From: Diadema antillarum
Taxonomy: Eukaryota
Direction: 5' to 3'
DNA length: 64,000 bases
NCBI RefSeq assembly: GCF_040938485.1
Contig: NW_027271529.1
Location: 682,001-746,000, forward strand
The position numbers and the translations under genes are program-made. Of the stretch, positions 39,301-51,650 are shown piece after piece (within the stretch, counting starts at the first letter, position 1; each line of letters opens with the position of its first letter). The notes beneath the pieces are model-generated. The model saw nothing but the letters and a program-made list of their open reading frames with translations. It ran no database searches and was not told the DNA's origin.

Positions 39301-42300
39301 CTCATTCCCGTCCTCATCTGACCACTTTTCATCTCTTACCAGTTTGGGTCGACCCTATCATACAGGAAAACAATCAAAGACACCCGATGGCACTTTTTAA
39401 TGCATAATATGCATTAGATCTATAAACACCATTTAAACAGAAAGAAAAGAGGGTAAGATGAAAAAAAGATGAAAAACTGCAACTGAGACAAACAAAGAAA
39501 CAAACAAACATATTACAATGAACAACAAAAGATTCAAATACAGAAAATGTCAACTTTTCCTTTTTCAACACTAACAATCTGATACTACAGATCAGATAAG
39601 AATAGATAAGATTAAAGTACATAACAAGGCCATGGTAATGTGGTGTCTAGAAACTGGTGGGTTAAGAAGTTTGGCATGTTTTTTTTGGCGATAACAGGAA
39701 GGAGTCTTTTAGGGAGACATTCACACAATGCCTTTTGCTTCCTGCACATTGTGTATCACTGCGGTGAGGACTCACCAGTTTGGAGAAAACATTACCTTTT
39801 ATAGAGAAGTGAATGGGGACGAAGGATTAACAACTTCCAATCCCAGTGAGGCTATGACAAAGCACCTCTTGCGCAATTTGTTATTTTCACAGAAAGGCCA
39901 CATCCCCAGAGACACTACGGTTGTACAGTCAACCTTGTCTAAGTCAAATCTATTTGGACTTGAAGAAATAGCTTTGACCTAGAGAAAATTTGACTTATGT
40001 GGGATTAAAATCAATAGACAATAAAGAGAAGAGGACTTGAAAAGACCTTTGACTTAGGCAATTACTTGACTTATTTGAGGTCGACTTAAGCAAGGTTGAC
40101 AGTACTTCTGAAAAGTAAATAATGAACTCCACTTTACAATATTTTGCAGCAATGAACACTGCCCAAACTGACTGTTTGTGAGCCTTCAGTGCAGAGAAAA
40201 AAAAAGTTGGTTTATAAAACTAGGATGTCATTTAATACCCGCAAATACAAGCTACATGTGAGAAGAATGTAAATTTGACCAAAAAAACCCCCAACAAACC
40301 CAACAGCTTTTATAGTACACTGTGTCATTTGGCAATTTATAGTAAGTTTGGGTGGGTTTTGTGCAGTTGAGCAAAATATGCGAACTTGGCAAAGCATTGA
40401 CTGAGTTGGGCGTGCAAATGTGACACGTAAAGAGATAAAACCACCACACCAGGAGGACCTCAAAAAATTTGAAAAATAAGAACCTCTAAGATCTGTTAAC
40501 CTGTACCTCCCACAATTCTATGAGAGCCTTTAATACCCCCAAACAAGATTCTTTTTGCAGGTCGACAAAGAAAAGACAGACCTGTAATCCACCTTTGTGA
40601 AAGCAGTAAAGTGGTACGTATCCCCTTTCCATGTGCCACGAACAATGAAAATATCAACCAGGCTCGAGGTATGAATACAGCGAGTGCTGATGGGCTCACA
40701 AGCTCTTTTGTTGTACACAAAAGAGGCACCTGCATCGGGTCAGAGGAAGATGCTATCTACTGAGCTTAGCCTTGATCGCTATATGTACATCTTCATATGA
40801 GTTTCATCTCGAAACAAGTACACACTACATTCGGAAAAGGCAAATAATACTACGAGATACAGGTACACTGTACACACAATTTTCATATAGAAAAGCAACA
40901 GATATCGATAGAAAAAACTCTTTTAGGCCATTTTCTGGGAAGCATAAAACAAATAAACATGAATTTAGGCCACAAATGCAGGCAGTCTTGTCTACATTTT
41001 GGGAACCTGGTATACTAGGTTCCCATATATCAGTTGACCATACGGGAACCTGGTACATGTATACCAGGTTCCCGTAAGGAACGGGCTCACACAAGTCTTA
41101 CCCTTCCTCGCTTTGCTTGGGGTCTGTAGTCTCTGTCGTCGTTATTGTCTTCCATGGACACGGCCCCATCATCTTCATCGTCCGATGGCCAGGCAGCAGT
41201 GTGGGACTGTCATAGGACAAAGGACAAGCAGAAGGCGATAATTGCTTTATCATAGCCTGAAATCGGGATAAGATTAAATGACATCATGGATTCACTTTCT
41301 AGACTGAAGTCCTACAGAAATCCCAGTTTATGTGCTCCTGGACAACAGAAGAATACTGTATACGCCATATATTTCGCAAGTCTAAATTTTCGCGAATCGG
41401 GACTTCACAACAATTTCGCGAGTGGTTAAATTCGTGATCGTGGAGTCCTGTACTGAACGGAGTTATATGCGTACGTCACATTCATATCGGCATTAGAGTC
41501 AATATTTTCACGTGTTTTTAATTTCGCAAATAGCGGCTGACTCGCGAAATTCGCAAAAATAAAAATCTCGCACAATATTCGGCGTATACAGTAGTTCATG
41601 GGTCACTGCGTCAGCTTTTGCAACCACTACAGATACTCAATGGAACATACACTGTATTAGACACACTAGCCACAGTCATACTACCCAGTATTTTGTTTTG
41701 CTCAGTATGGGCAGTTTGACTGCAAACTTTCTGAACCAGCCAAATTTTCTATAAATTTCCTGCATGTGTTTGGGAAGTTTCTCACTTCTCGAAAAAGATG
41801 AGCGTAGTTTTGTTTACATTGGTGTGTCACCAGCTTCTCAGTCACCTTTCCCATATCACATCACTAACAGGCCTTCTGCTACTGTAGAATGAGACATGAC
41901 ATCTTTCCGCTGCTTTGATCTACTGCCACGATTCTACAAGAGTCCACCAAGAACAGCAGAGGGTATATAATAGCAATACTAATAATAGCGGCTATTTGTA
42001 TAGCACATGAGTCCACCTTTTGGTGCACATGGCCCTTCTAAATGTACAAAACATGACAACAGGGAGGAAAATAACAAACACAAACCAGATAAGGAAGACA
42101 ATTTCACTGAACATTCTGGATGGCAGTTATGTAATCCTCAATGTGAGAGGAACACATACGTTTCCAGTTTGAATTTGAATGTTTCTGTAGATGACAGTTG
42201 GGGTAACTGAATAGGTAATTGATTCCATAACTGAGAAAGCATGATCCCCTCCCCCATCTATTTTTTATTCTGGGTATTTGAAGTGACTGTGCATCTATCT

Positions 42301-45300
42301 GATGACGAAACGAGAGTTCGTGTCAGGTTGGTATATTTACCTTTGATGCAGGAGATTTTTTCTTTGGAGATTTGACACTCGTTTTCACCTTCAGCGTCAC
42401 CTTCTTCTTCCTCCCTACACCCTTCTTCTGGTTGGCTTTCTTTATGGCATCCTGCTTCTTCTGCAAGGCAACCTGTCGCTTCGACTTCTTCTTCCGGTAA
42501 TCGCTGGTCAGCTTAACTTGAAGGATGTTTGGCTTGTAGACGGGACGCCCTCTACTGGTCATGCGAACTGGTATCTTGATTTTAGGGGCTGGTGTAGATG
42601 ATTCATACCTGATGATAATGCAGGATAAATATCGAACGAAAAAAAAAAAAAAAAACATTCTGATCTCTTTGCATCTTTAACACATTTTACCCTTTTCATA
42701 TGGGCGTATGACTTCAATATTCATCATTTTTCCCATTTTTAAATTGGTTTCTGACTGTCAGTTGAGGACATCCTCTACAGTTCTGGTTATCATAACTGCA
42801 CAGATAAACTGCAAAGTCCATCAAGAATAGTACAATACACTGTACACCGTATATACAATATGCAGAACAATTTCACACTAACAATAACTATGAAGGTATT
42901 TTCCCTCATAATATTCTTTCTTAAAAGTACATGTAGCCAAGACTGACAATCCAAAGGATTTTGGAGTATCTACATCTGTACTCATCAGAGCTTAATAAAA
43001 AATGTATGGCTTTGATTTGACTTGCTCTACTTTAATGTTCTTGATCATGGGTAGAAGAGATGACATATTATGTGCCTTGAGATTTGAAATGACATCGCAA
43101 GGTTGGGGGCGAAAAAAGGAATGCTGTCCAAGCTCACCTTTGCTTGTGCTTCCTGCCTTTCTTCGTCTCTTTCTTTTCAGGCTCTGTGCAGTCTCTGTGT
43201 CCATACCTATGATTAAAAAAAGAATAGCGACTTCCGAGTAAATCAAGAAAACTGTTGACATATGAGAGTACTGCTCAAAGCAGGGCTGCTGTCCTATGCA
43301 GAAAAACAAACAAACAAACAAACAAAAAAGATTGCTGTAAAAGTGGTTTCTTTCGCGTACAGATACTTTCACGGTTTCCATCGGTGCCGACTTTTTTGCG
43401 TGTGTTTAAATTCACGGTCGGCAAAATCTGTGAATTCACAGTCGGCAAAATCTGTTTTATTTTGCAGATGAAAACCCAAACTATAATCCGATTATTCTTT
43501 TATTTATTAGATAGAAATTGAAATCAAATGCAGGCTTACCTAAAATCCCGTCTCTCGAGTACTTTATGATATGCTTGTACCTACATTGCGCGGTATCGTT
43601 GTGTGTGTGTTGACCATCAATACACTCAATGCACGGAATCTTCGTGTGTGCATGTGCGCAACAGCATTGTAACAAGCGGCGAGTTGAAAACATTTTTTAA
43701 CATGATGTTAAATTCGCGGTTCAACCTCAAAGCGCGAAAAGCGCAAAAATAAAACCACCGCGAAAGAAACCACTTTTACAGTGTATCTAAATAGGCATAC
43801 TGATGATAAGTAAAAACTTTTTTTTAAAACAGCAAAAACATATTCTAAATTGCACATATCAAGTATGCCTAATCAAACTGACAAAACAAGCAAACAACAA
43901 CAACAACAAAACACAGCAGAAACTGGTAACATAGTTTCAGTGACATTTACTTTGTATTATACAGTACATAATTTGTACATTTAAATAATGCACAGCTTTG
44001 TAAGAATCTGCAAAATTTTTGCCTAGCCCAAGGTCTCTAGATCTAGGGTTTCAGGCCCAGTTTCTAGATGAGTCAGTAAAAGTCTTCATGAGCGCAGGAA
44101 AAATATGAAAAATATGAAAAACTAGGAAAGCACTCGGAGAGCGTAGACCTCCGCCAAGCAGCTTATTTCCGCTCATATAGGCATGCTGAAAATCGCCCTT
44201 ATTTCCCAATATCAGTCATAAAGAAGCATTTCTGTTGTGTGTCCTCAGAGTATACCTCATCAGCAGCTATATAGGTGCAAGCTGTGCCTCAAGTACACAC
44301 TCCAGGGGTGTATCCAGGATTTTTTCTGGGGGGGTCGTAATCAAATTTTTTGGACCTTTACCTTTGCGAGGGAGTGGAGCGACCAGGCGGGGGGAGGGTG
44401 TGTCCCCCCTCCCACGGTAGGGAGTTTTTGAATTTTATATCTTAAAATGGGGCCATTTGGAGCATACAAAAGTGACTTTTTCGGCATGGCAGTGCGGCTT
44501 AGAAATAAGGTATGGCATATAAAAACTAAGTTACAAAATTTACGAGGTTTTTGACAATTTGCTGGAACACCACCTGGTTACTTTTTTTTTTCCTATCGTT
44601 TATTATAAGGTAAAAAGCCCTCGAAAAACAAAAATGTCTTACAAAAAGTGGACCTTTTGAAAATTTGGGGGGATCGTACGACCCTCCCGACCCCCCCTTG
44701 CATACACCCATGCACTCAGTGCAAGTATGCACACCTCAAATATGCACAGCTTGAGCTCCCTTGTTTGGTGGCCCTATTTGCCAATGGTAATCTTTCAAAA
44801 GAGGAGAAAAAAAAAGTATCCGGGATCCAGACAATTAGCCAGATCACTACCAAAATTTAATCATCTGTTCCTTACATCATTATCATTTTTCCTGTAAGTT
44901 TCATCCAAATCCTTTGGCAGCTTTCGGAGTTGTTTTGCAAACAGACAAACAAACAAACAAACAAACAGCAACAAAAACATAACTTCCTATAGGCCGAGGT
45001 GACAAAGATACTTTCAAAGCAGCAGTTCTCCATAGCATTCAAAAAAAGCCATTAAAGGGACATTCAAGACGATTTGATAATTTCAAATTACATGTATGTA
45101 TCTTGCTGAAGCACGCCATGTAGACCAGTGAGACCAGGTAGCGCTTATGTAGTACATAAACTGATAGTGCCATGCATATTTGTGGAATTTATTGTGGTCC
45201 TTGAGTAGATAAGCCAAACTCTGAAAAAAATATTACCCTGAACACGGATGATGCCATGGGAGGCTCATTTCCAGTGATTACATATACAGTGTAATTACAC

Positions 45301-48300
45301 CATACCAATTCAATTTCATTACAACACCACTTGCTTTACCAAAATAAGTTCACTTGTATAGAATTTATACAGGTTTTCTTCTTACATTTTGCCTCCATGA
45401 GCACCCAATCACACATTGTTATGTGAAGCTGAAAGTCATCACCCTTGCTAACTATGATTTGTAATGAATTTGGAACATTCTTATTCTTTATCCCAATCAC
45501 TATAAATTCTGTAACTCTGTACCCAGTATAATCAATTACATAGATGTTCAAATGCAGAAGTCTAAAAATCATCCAGAGGTCTCCTCTCACTTCTATTTCT
45601 TCTCTTTTGTGCCATCAACATCGGCGTACTCAGTCCAGTTGGTCACTGCATCGGCAGTATCCGCCAAGAATGGGAAGTTGATGGACCAATAACAGGACAT
45701 ATTGTGCATACAGGAATCCACAGAAGTTGCAAGTTCCATTTGTACTCCAATTCTTGTGTTCCTAAGCCATGTTCTGTTCTACCCAGATGGTATGGCTGTG
45801 GAAGTCTTATTCTTAAATTTCACCTGCCATCATCAGACATCTGCTGCATCTTCTTGGAGCTCTTCAACTCAAGCAGAAAGTGCAAACCATGTCAAGCTCC
45901 TTCTACCTGGTATTTAGCTGCAAACAGAATTTACAAAATGGTAATTCTAGGCTTTATATTCTAAAATTATTTTTATATTTTTTTTTTTACTTTTGAAGGA
46001 GTTTTTAAAATCATTTTGTTGACTTTTACGGCTCTCCTCCATAGATGAGTATACTATAGGAGAGGATTCCATGAAGCCAGATGTGCGTAGTCTCCACAGA
46101 ACATATCCCCAACGACAAGATACAGACTGATCTTTCAGTCAAACTCAGCAAAAGTTTTGGACAATAGGGGTCAAAGTGATCTAATAATCATGGATTTTCA
46201 AAAAGGCTTTGATGTGGATAGCCATCATCCACTACTCCATAAGCTTGATTATCTTGGAATTTGTAACATCCATACTCGGCTGCAGAATTTCTTACACAAC
46301 CGCCATCAGAGAGTCCTTGTAGGAAGGATTATCAGTGACCCCTTACCTGTGAAGTCAGGCATTCCGCAGTTCACAGTGATGGGTCCACTGTTGTTCCTCA
46401 CCTACAGTCTCTGCATCGGTATATCAATGACCTACCCAGTAATCTTTCATCCAAAATATGCCTGTTCGTGGATGATTGCATCTTGTATTGTGGGATTGAA
46501 ACCCCTTCAGACCAAACCTCACTCCAAGCTGATATCGACACACTTCGTGCCTGGGAGCGAAAGTGGCAGATGGCTTCAACACTTCCAAGTGCTTCGTCAT
46601 GAATGTCACTCACAAGACAAGACCCCTTCAGTTTAGTTATTCCATGCGAAACAACACACTAAGACGAGTTCATTCATCATCCATACCTTGGAGGTGAGTT
46701 GACATTGGATTTGTCCTGGACCATGCATATCAATCAAGTAACCAATAAAGCCAATCGTCAGCTTGGTCTACTGAGAAGGAATCTGTACGGCTGCGACATT
46801 CAAACCACAACCATAGCTTACATCACCTTAGAACGCCCACTCTTGGAATACTGCCATGCAGTCTGGGGTCCATGCCAGGAAAACAACAAGCAAGCCATTG
46901 AAAAGATCCCAAAACGAGCTACAAGCTTTGCATGCAACAATTATGACAGAACACCTAGTGTGACAAATATGATGAAGCATCTGGAATGGGAAAGTCTCGA
47001 AAGACGGAGATTCAAATCTCGCCTTCGCATCATTTACAAAGAGACTCAAGGACTAATCCCTAGCAACATCAAACATCTACAAAGCACTAATTCGGCTCGG
47101 AGAAAACCAAGCACAAGGCACTCTTCTAAGAAATTTGTGTATGACCATATACAATTGTAAGGGCAAATAAGAGCTGCTACCGGCAGTCTCTCTACTTAAA
47201 GGACAAGTTCACCTTCATAAACGTAAGGTTTGAGAGAATGCAACAATATTAGTAGAACACATCAGTGAAAGTTTGAGGAAAATTGGACAATCGATGCAAA
47301 AGTTATGAATTTTTAAAATTTTTGTGTTGGAACCGCTGGATGTGGAGACTACTACAGCTTGTGAGTCATATGCGTACAACAGTATAAAGAAAATGTAAAA
47401 GAAAATTCAACATATTTTCACTTTTTTCGCATAATATAAGAGCACTTGACTTGCCTCTTTCTAAAGGCAGGGGGAATAATATTACCCATAACATTTGTCG
47501 GTAACGAGTCAGGGGAATGTGTACTTTTTTCAAAAGATGGAATTTTGTGAAATTCTCTTTATATTTTCCTTATATTGTTGTACGCATGTGACATCTAAGT
47601 TATTCAGCCACTGCAGTAGTCTTCTCATCCAGCGGTTACTGCACAAAAACTTCAAAAATTCATAACTTTTGAACGGATTGTCTGATTTTCCTCAAACTTT
47701 CAATGTGTTCTACTAATATTGCTACATTCTCTCAATCCTTATGTTTATGAAGGTGAACTTGTCCTTTAAGGACAATTCCCCAGTGGAATGACCTCCCAGA
47801 TAATGTAAGGGAAGCCCCTACGATTAAAAAATTTAAAGACCTTCCTGAAAATATAAAGTTTGAATAAGATATGCCTCCGACTCATGTATTGCTGCCTAAA
47901 TATATGGAATAGCTACATCAGGCGTTTGTACATCAATGACATCAAGATCAAATGATAAGCACAACTTTCAAAGTTTAAATACGATAACATGCCAGCAGCA
48001 CAGCGGACTGTACCAGACCAAAATGATAAAGAATAAAGAGTCTAACTAAAGCACGGCCTGCCTGCTCTAGCTCTGCACAACGAGACACTCACTACAGTTT
48101 ACACTAGTTAGAACCTAGATCAGATGATCTAGATCTGGACACTTTTGTAGTCTCCTTAATTTAGGCCATACTTGACATTATTTACATTCAGTGGTGTAGG
48201 CCTGGCTAGAGTGATTTTGCTGTGAAGTATTTATGTTGTAGACTCTAGACACCAATGCAGAAGTAAAAGTAGGGCCCAGATCGGATTGTCCAGTTAAGTA

Positions 48301-49645
48301 AAGCCTAGAGGATCTAGACCTGTCTACTGGACTACATTCTTACTTCAGACCCTGACCTCCTACTCCCCCGATACACACATACAAATGTATACTTGGGTGA
48401 CCCGCACCTCGTCATAGTTAATGTTTGCCCATATTTGAATCACATTTCGCCACTGAAATTCTTTGAAATCCAACTCACATACAGGAAAAATGCTGAAAAT
48501 TCCAATGGAATCACAAGTTCACTGATCGATATTGAAAATTTGCAGCTATCGTCGTCGAACGCGAACAATGCGAAAAAGTTGCGCGCTAAGGAAGGGGCCC
48601 GCAACTCGTCACCCATAGACTTAGCATGTAAAAGACGTGTGCGGGTGACAGTGATGTTCCCATAGACATACACATAAAAGATGCGTGCGGGTGACTTTAA
48701 CACGTATTCCTATGGCCCTATGAAAATTTCAGATTTTCGCGAAAAACTGTTCGGTTTTCACCACAATTTGCTTGATTGTGGTAGCCCTGCCAAGTTTCAA
48801 GCGTACAGAACACAGTCCCGGGCATACATTTTTGCTTAGTGCGCTCAAAACAATTTTAAGTGGGGTGACGATATTCGGGCCCCTGACGAGGTGCGGGCAC
48901 CTCACTATACTCTAAATTACGACTAGATCTAGTCTAGTCAGTAGTGCATCTGAATGCGACAGTTAAAATTCATAAAATTTTACTGCATCTGTAAATGCCT
49001 GCAATTTTATATTATCTGTCACAGCTAGGTTGTCTAGATCTACATCATGATTCAAATGTCATCATGCTTCTGAACTGAAGTTCTGTCTCGCCCCGCGCTG
49101 TGATTATGTCAGTAGTGATAGAGTCTAGTCTCTAGATAAAGATAGTGCCTTAATTCACTGGGCTTCAGAATAGACACCACACAGGCGTAAGTTTCAACAC
49201 TATTTGCATGGCATCGTATTTCTGAATATATTCCTCTATACTTTTTTTTGGTTAAAGTAAATTCTTTGATATCGTTGTCCATAGTATTTGTTTATGTTGT
49301 ACCGATCCGATGAGGCATCAGGAATTTCACATTGTCAATAGTTAAAACCCAGCACAGAGCACACATTTATCAATACATGGGACCATGCAGCAAGTTCTAT
49401 TACCAGAAGTCGATGAGGAAGGCCGCTAATCGAGCGTCACTTTTGATCCCCGACAGACCTACGAGATCCTTTAACTTTATCCATTTATCAAATTCTTCTT
49501 CTAAGTCTACACGTGTGTCTTCTTCCACTTCTTGCTCCTCAAGTATCTCATCAGATTGCCTGATATCCTCTCTCTTGTCATCTGGTTCCGAGCCTTCCTC
49601 ACAAGGTTTGCTTTCGTCGCCCATTATTTCTGCAGTCGCCTCCAT
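36302..49645 (-). CDS. AT-hook and C2H2 zinc-finger transcription factor, about 982 aa, 7 coding exons; start codon uncertain (49645, or in-frame 49708/49723)
   Basis: Exons (minus) 49645-49404, 43206-43138, 42608-42341, 41206-41102, 39354-39194, 38659-38621, 38366-36302. GT-AG junctions with phases 2,2,0,0,2,2 give one open frame of 2949 nt. The last exon has about 7 C2H2 fingers (e.g. YPCDKCKKVYRRPNLLRNHQKKH, YKCDMCERAFTHNVSLKTHKKRDH, TGEKPY linker). AT-hook-like SRGRP, KRGRGRPK, LGRPKR; NLS-like PPKKRK. The last exon is near-certain; the upstream exon chain is my inference. Confidence 0.82.
38724..38932. mobile_element. Same MITE family, copy 4 (zinc-finger gene intron)
   Basis: 209 bp, TIRs, TA flanks, reverse orientation to copy 1. 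Confidence 0.92.
39926..40102. mobile_element. Tigger/pogo-like MITE
   Basis: ta-CAGTCAACCTTGTCTAAGTC ... GACTTAAGCAAGGTTGACAG-ta. Confidence 0.8.
41356..41591. mobile_element. TA-flanked MITE (CTGTATA family), second copy
   Basis: TIR CTGTATACGCC / GGCGTATACAG with TA duplication. Confidence 0.88.
43335..43781. mobile_element. Longer MITE with related termini
   Basis: TIR CTGTAAAAGTGGTTTCTTTCGCG at both ends; 2-bp flanks read TG/TG. Confidence 0.8.
44118..45006 (-). mobile_element. Second HINE-type element, interrupted by a MITE
   Basis: Minus-strand 5' end TCACCTCGGCC...GTTATG plus (GTTT)n; 3' end CTTGGCGGAGGTCTACGCTCTCCGAGTGCTTTCCTAGTTT. Confidence 0.72.
44303..44712. mobile_element. 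Unclassified MITE with 5-bp target duplication CACTC
   Basis: CACTC at 44298-44302 and 44713-44717; termini CAGGGGTGTATCCA / TGCATACACCCATG. Confidence 0.8.
46125..47850 (+). mobile_element. 5'-truncated, frameshifted non-LTR retrotransposon (CR1/L2-like ORF2, reverse transcriptase to C-terminus)
   Basis: DFQKGFD, LLHKLDYLGI, SGIPQFTVMGPLLFL, a shifted F(V)DDC motif, LSWTMHI...KANRQLGLLRRNL, RPLLEYCHAVW. The C-terminal RTIPQWNDLPDNV motif resumes after the insertion at 47200-47765. Confidence 0.9.
47200..47765. mobile_element. Kolobok-type non-autonomous element inserted in the LINE
   Basis: TTAA duplication (47196-47199, 47766-47769), termini AGGACAAGTTCACCTTCATAA, long imperfect inverted arms. 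A decayed partial copy lies at about 17195-17380. Confidence 0.82.
48392..48905. mobile_element. Unclassified TIR element
   Basis: GGTG(A)CCCGCACCTCGTCA inverted at both ends, TATA flanks, internal TGCGGGTGAC repeats. Confidence 0.7.
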
Positions 49646-49873
49646 ATTGTCCACTTGTGTCACACTACTAGTCTTCGTACCGGACCGTTGGGCATTATTA
49701 CTACCCATGCAGGAATATGGCATAAGGACTCAGGAGTTCAAAGGAAATGTCAGTATCAAAATATGCAAAAGAGGAAAATTACTAGACGTTTAATGACAAT
49801 AACAATACATAAATTGATAACATCGAGTAAATGATGTGATATGGCCCACACTTGATATAACATTTCGGCTTAC

Positions 49874-50245
49874 TCAGAGTCTGAACGAAAAAGTTGTCTC
49901 AATTTTTTTTTCCATAGGATTGGAAACCCATTAGGCCTATGGTTTTTTTTTTTTTTTAATCTGTTCTCTTTTTTTGTGTTTTTGTGTGTGCGTGTGTGTG
50001 AGCGCGCGTTGGGAGTTCTTTGAGAGGAGTAAGAAAAGGTCTGCCATGGGTGAGAAAGGACCCTGCAGCGTCGGGACGTCACCAGCTTTTTTTCAAGGGG
50101 CTTGGGGGGGGGGGGGAGGGGGATGCGTTCATTTCTGGTTCCACTTCCGGGTTTATCAGCGCAAATGTCTGATTCCACTTCCGGGTTTCTTCAGCTGACA
50201 AGCAAAAAAAAAAAAAAGCCTCTTACCCGCGCGCATGCGTGCGTG
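49874..50245 (-). promoter_or_regulatory. Probable promoter and non-coding first exon of the zinc-finger gene
   Basis: Duplicated TTCCACTTCCGGGTTT (50139-50154, 50173-50188; ETS CCGGAAGT on minus), NRF1-like GCGCATGCGT near 50230, minus-strand donor GTAAGC at 49873, G-tracts. Confidence 0.55.
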
Positions 50246-51010
50246 CATACTTAATAAGTAAAACTTTTTTTTTTGGAGGGGGGGGGGGGGGGGCGGGGCG
50301 GGGGTTAGGTCTGAAGGGGATGCGGGGGGTGCGTTCGCACCAACACACCCAAGTGCGTCTCGCCCCTAATACATGAAACATGGTAAGTCTGCACACGATT
50401 TGACTCTGAGACATCAGACATCTGTCCTCGCGAGCATCCAATTTTGGCGCCACGTCATTTTTTTTTCTTTTAAATTCGTTATTTTTCAAATTACCAAGGA
50501 GATCATACAAAAATATTTACATGTGAATATTCTATGGTGTTTAACTTCCCCGTTCGCATCATTTTTTAAGTTGCCACATCGACTTTGTGATATGTATTAC
50601 CAGTATAACACTTTCGTCTAACCTGAAGTTCACTCCAGATTCAAGTCAGGTATAGATTTCGGTATAGGTCTTCATTATTAATGATTGGCCATGTTCTTGT
50701 ACTCCGCATTGATGTCGTATACCTCTGGATCTACACGGATAGAGCGTTTACAATTTTGACAGAAGGGCGGATCTACAGATGCTCCTTCCTACCTAAGCAA
50801 TACTAGTAACTCATACATATCAAAAAGAATGGCAGAAGGGCGTATCGTGTAAAAATACGTCTTTGTAATCGATGGCAAAGTGCGAGAATTTTTCACGGTG
50901 AATCTACATAGATAGGCCCATCTGTTAAATTGAATGAGTTGTGCTAATTCTTTAATATGATGTCGGATTGTTCATGACTTGAAATTTGGCCCATGTTAAT
51001 TATCCTGCAT

Positions 51011-51297
51011 GGGTGTTCGTCACTAGTCCGACGGCCACGAGCTGGGCCACGAGTCACGCAGCTCACGAGTCATGCAGCTCACGAGTCATACAGCCCACGA
51101 GCTCGACACTGGACCAATCTAATCCATGCACGAGTCCGACACAGTCAAGCATCACGGGGCTTATGCATTGTTGGTCTTGCGGGCTTCGACTCATGGGATT
51201 TGATATGACTAGTGGGTTTTATGGCTCATAGATCTTTTTTCATTGTCAAGATCGTGGGCCGTACGGATTGTGGGAGTTAGGCTCGTGGGATGACGGC
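51011..51297. mobile_element. Non-autonomous element with CAGCCCACGAGTCAT subterminal repeats, copy 1
   Basis: Tandem 15-16-bp CCACGAG repeats on the left and inverted CTCGTGG repeats on the right; homolog at 58540-59155. Confidence 0.7.
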
Positions 51298-51650
51298 TAA
51301 CAATAGATACAGCAATCTTTGCCAGGTGCGAGAAATTTGAGCAAGGGAGTTTACGGATATAGAATACAAAGTTTGTATTTTGACAACATGCAGTTGGAGA
51401 AAACATTTTGAAAGTTCATCGAGTAATGCAGTATGATTTGTTTTCTTTGAGGTAGAGATTATAGCCTTTATAAGGAGAAAAATATTTACATCTGAGCGAC
51501 CTCCCACAGAGGATGTAGCAGGCTGGTACCCTTGATCCAGCTAACTTCCGCCCATTCTTTGCGAGAGCCTGCTTTTATAAGAGTTCACACAAACACTGCA
51601 TGCGAGTCGTCATTTCAGCCTATCTCGAGTTCGACAGTAGGTCTGAAAAC

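Noticed and set aside
42965-42990. Minus-strand CTGATGAG followed by a GAGTA/TACTC stem, resembling a hammerhead
   Set aside because: No GAAA after the stem (reads TCCAAA) and no helix I or III.
42992-43381. 129-aa ORF (MDTETAQSLKRKRRRK...) as the start of the zinc-finger protein
   Set aside because: The alternative frame of exon 43206-43138 fits both neighbouring splice phases using the best acceptors. The ORF-track frame needs a weaker acceptor at 42589 and leaves the 49.4-kb exon unconnected. Not fully excluded.
45591-45917. Selenoprotein reading (one frame has only TGA stops)
   Set aside because: That frame's phase does not fit the neighbouring exons, three TGA stops can arise by chance or CGA decay, and no SECIS was seen.
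48883-48905. CTGACGA plus hairpin
   Set aside because: It is the TIR of the 48392-48905 element and lacks GAAA.
51030-51110. Short regularly spaced repeats resembling a CRISPR array
   Set aside because: Adjacent 15-16-bp units with no unique spacers, in a eukaryotic transposon end.
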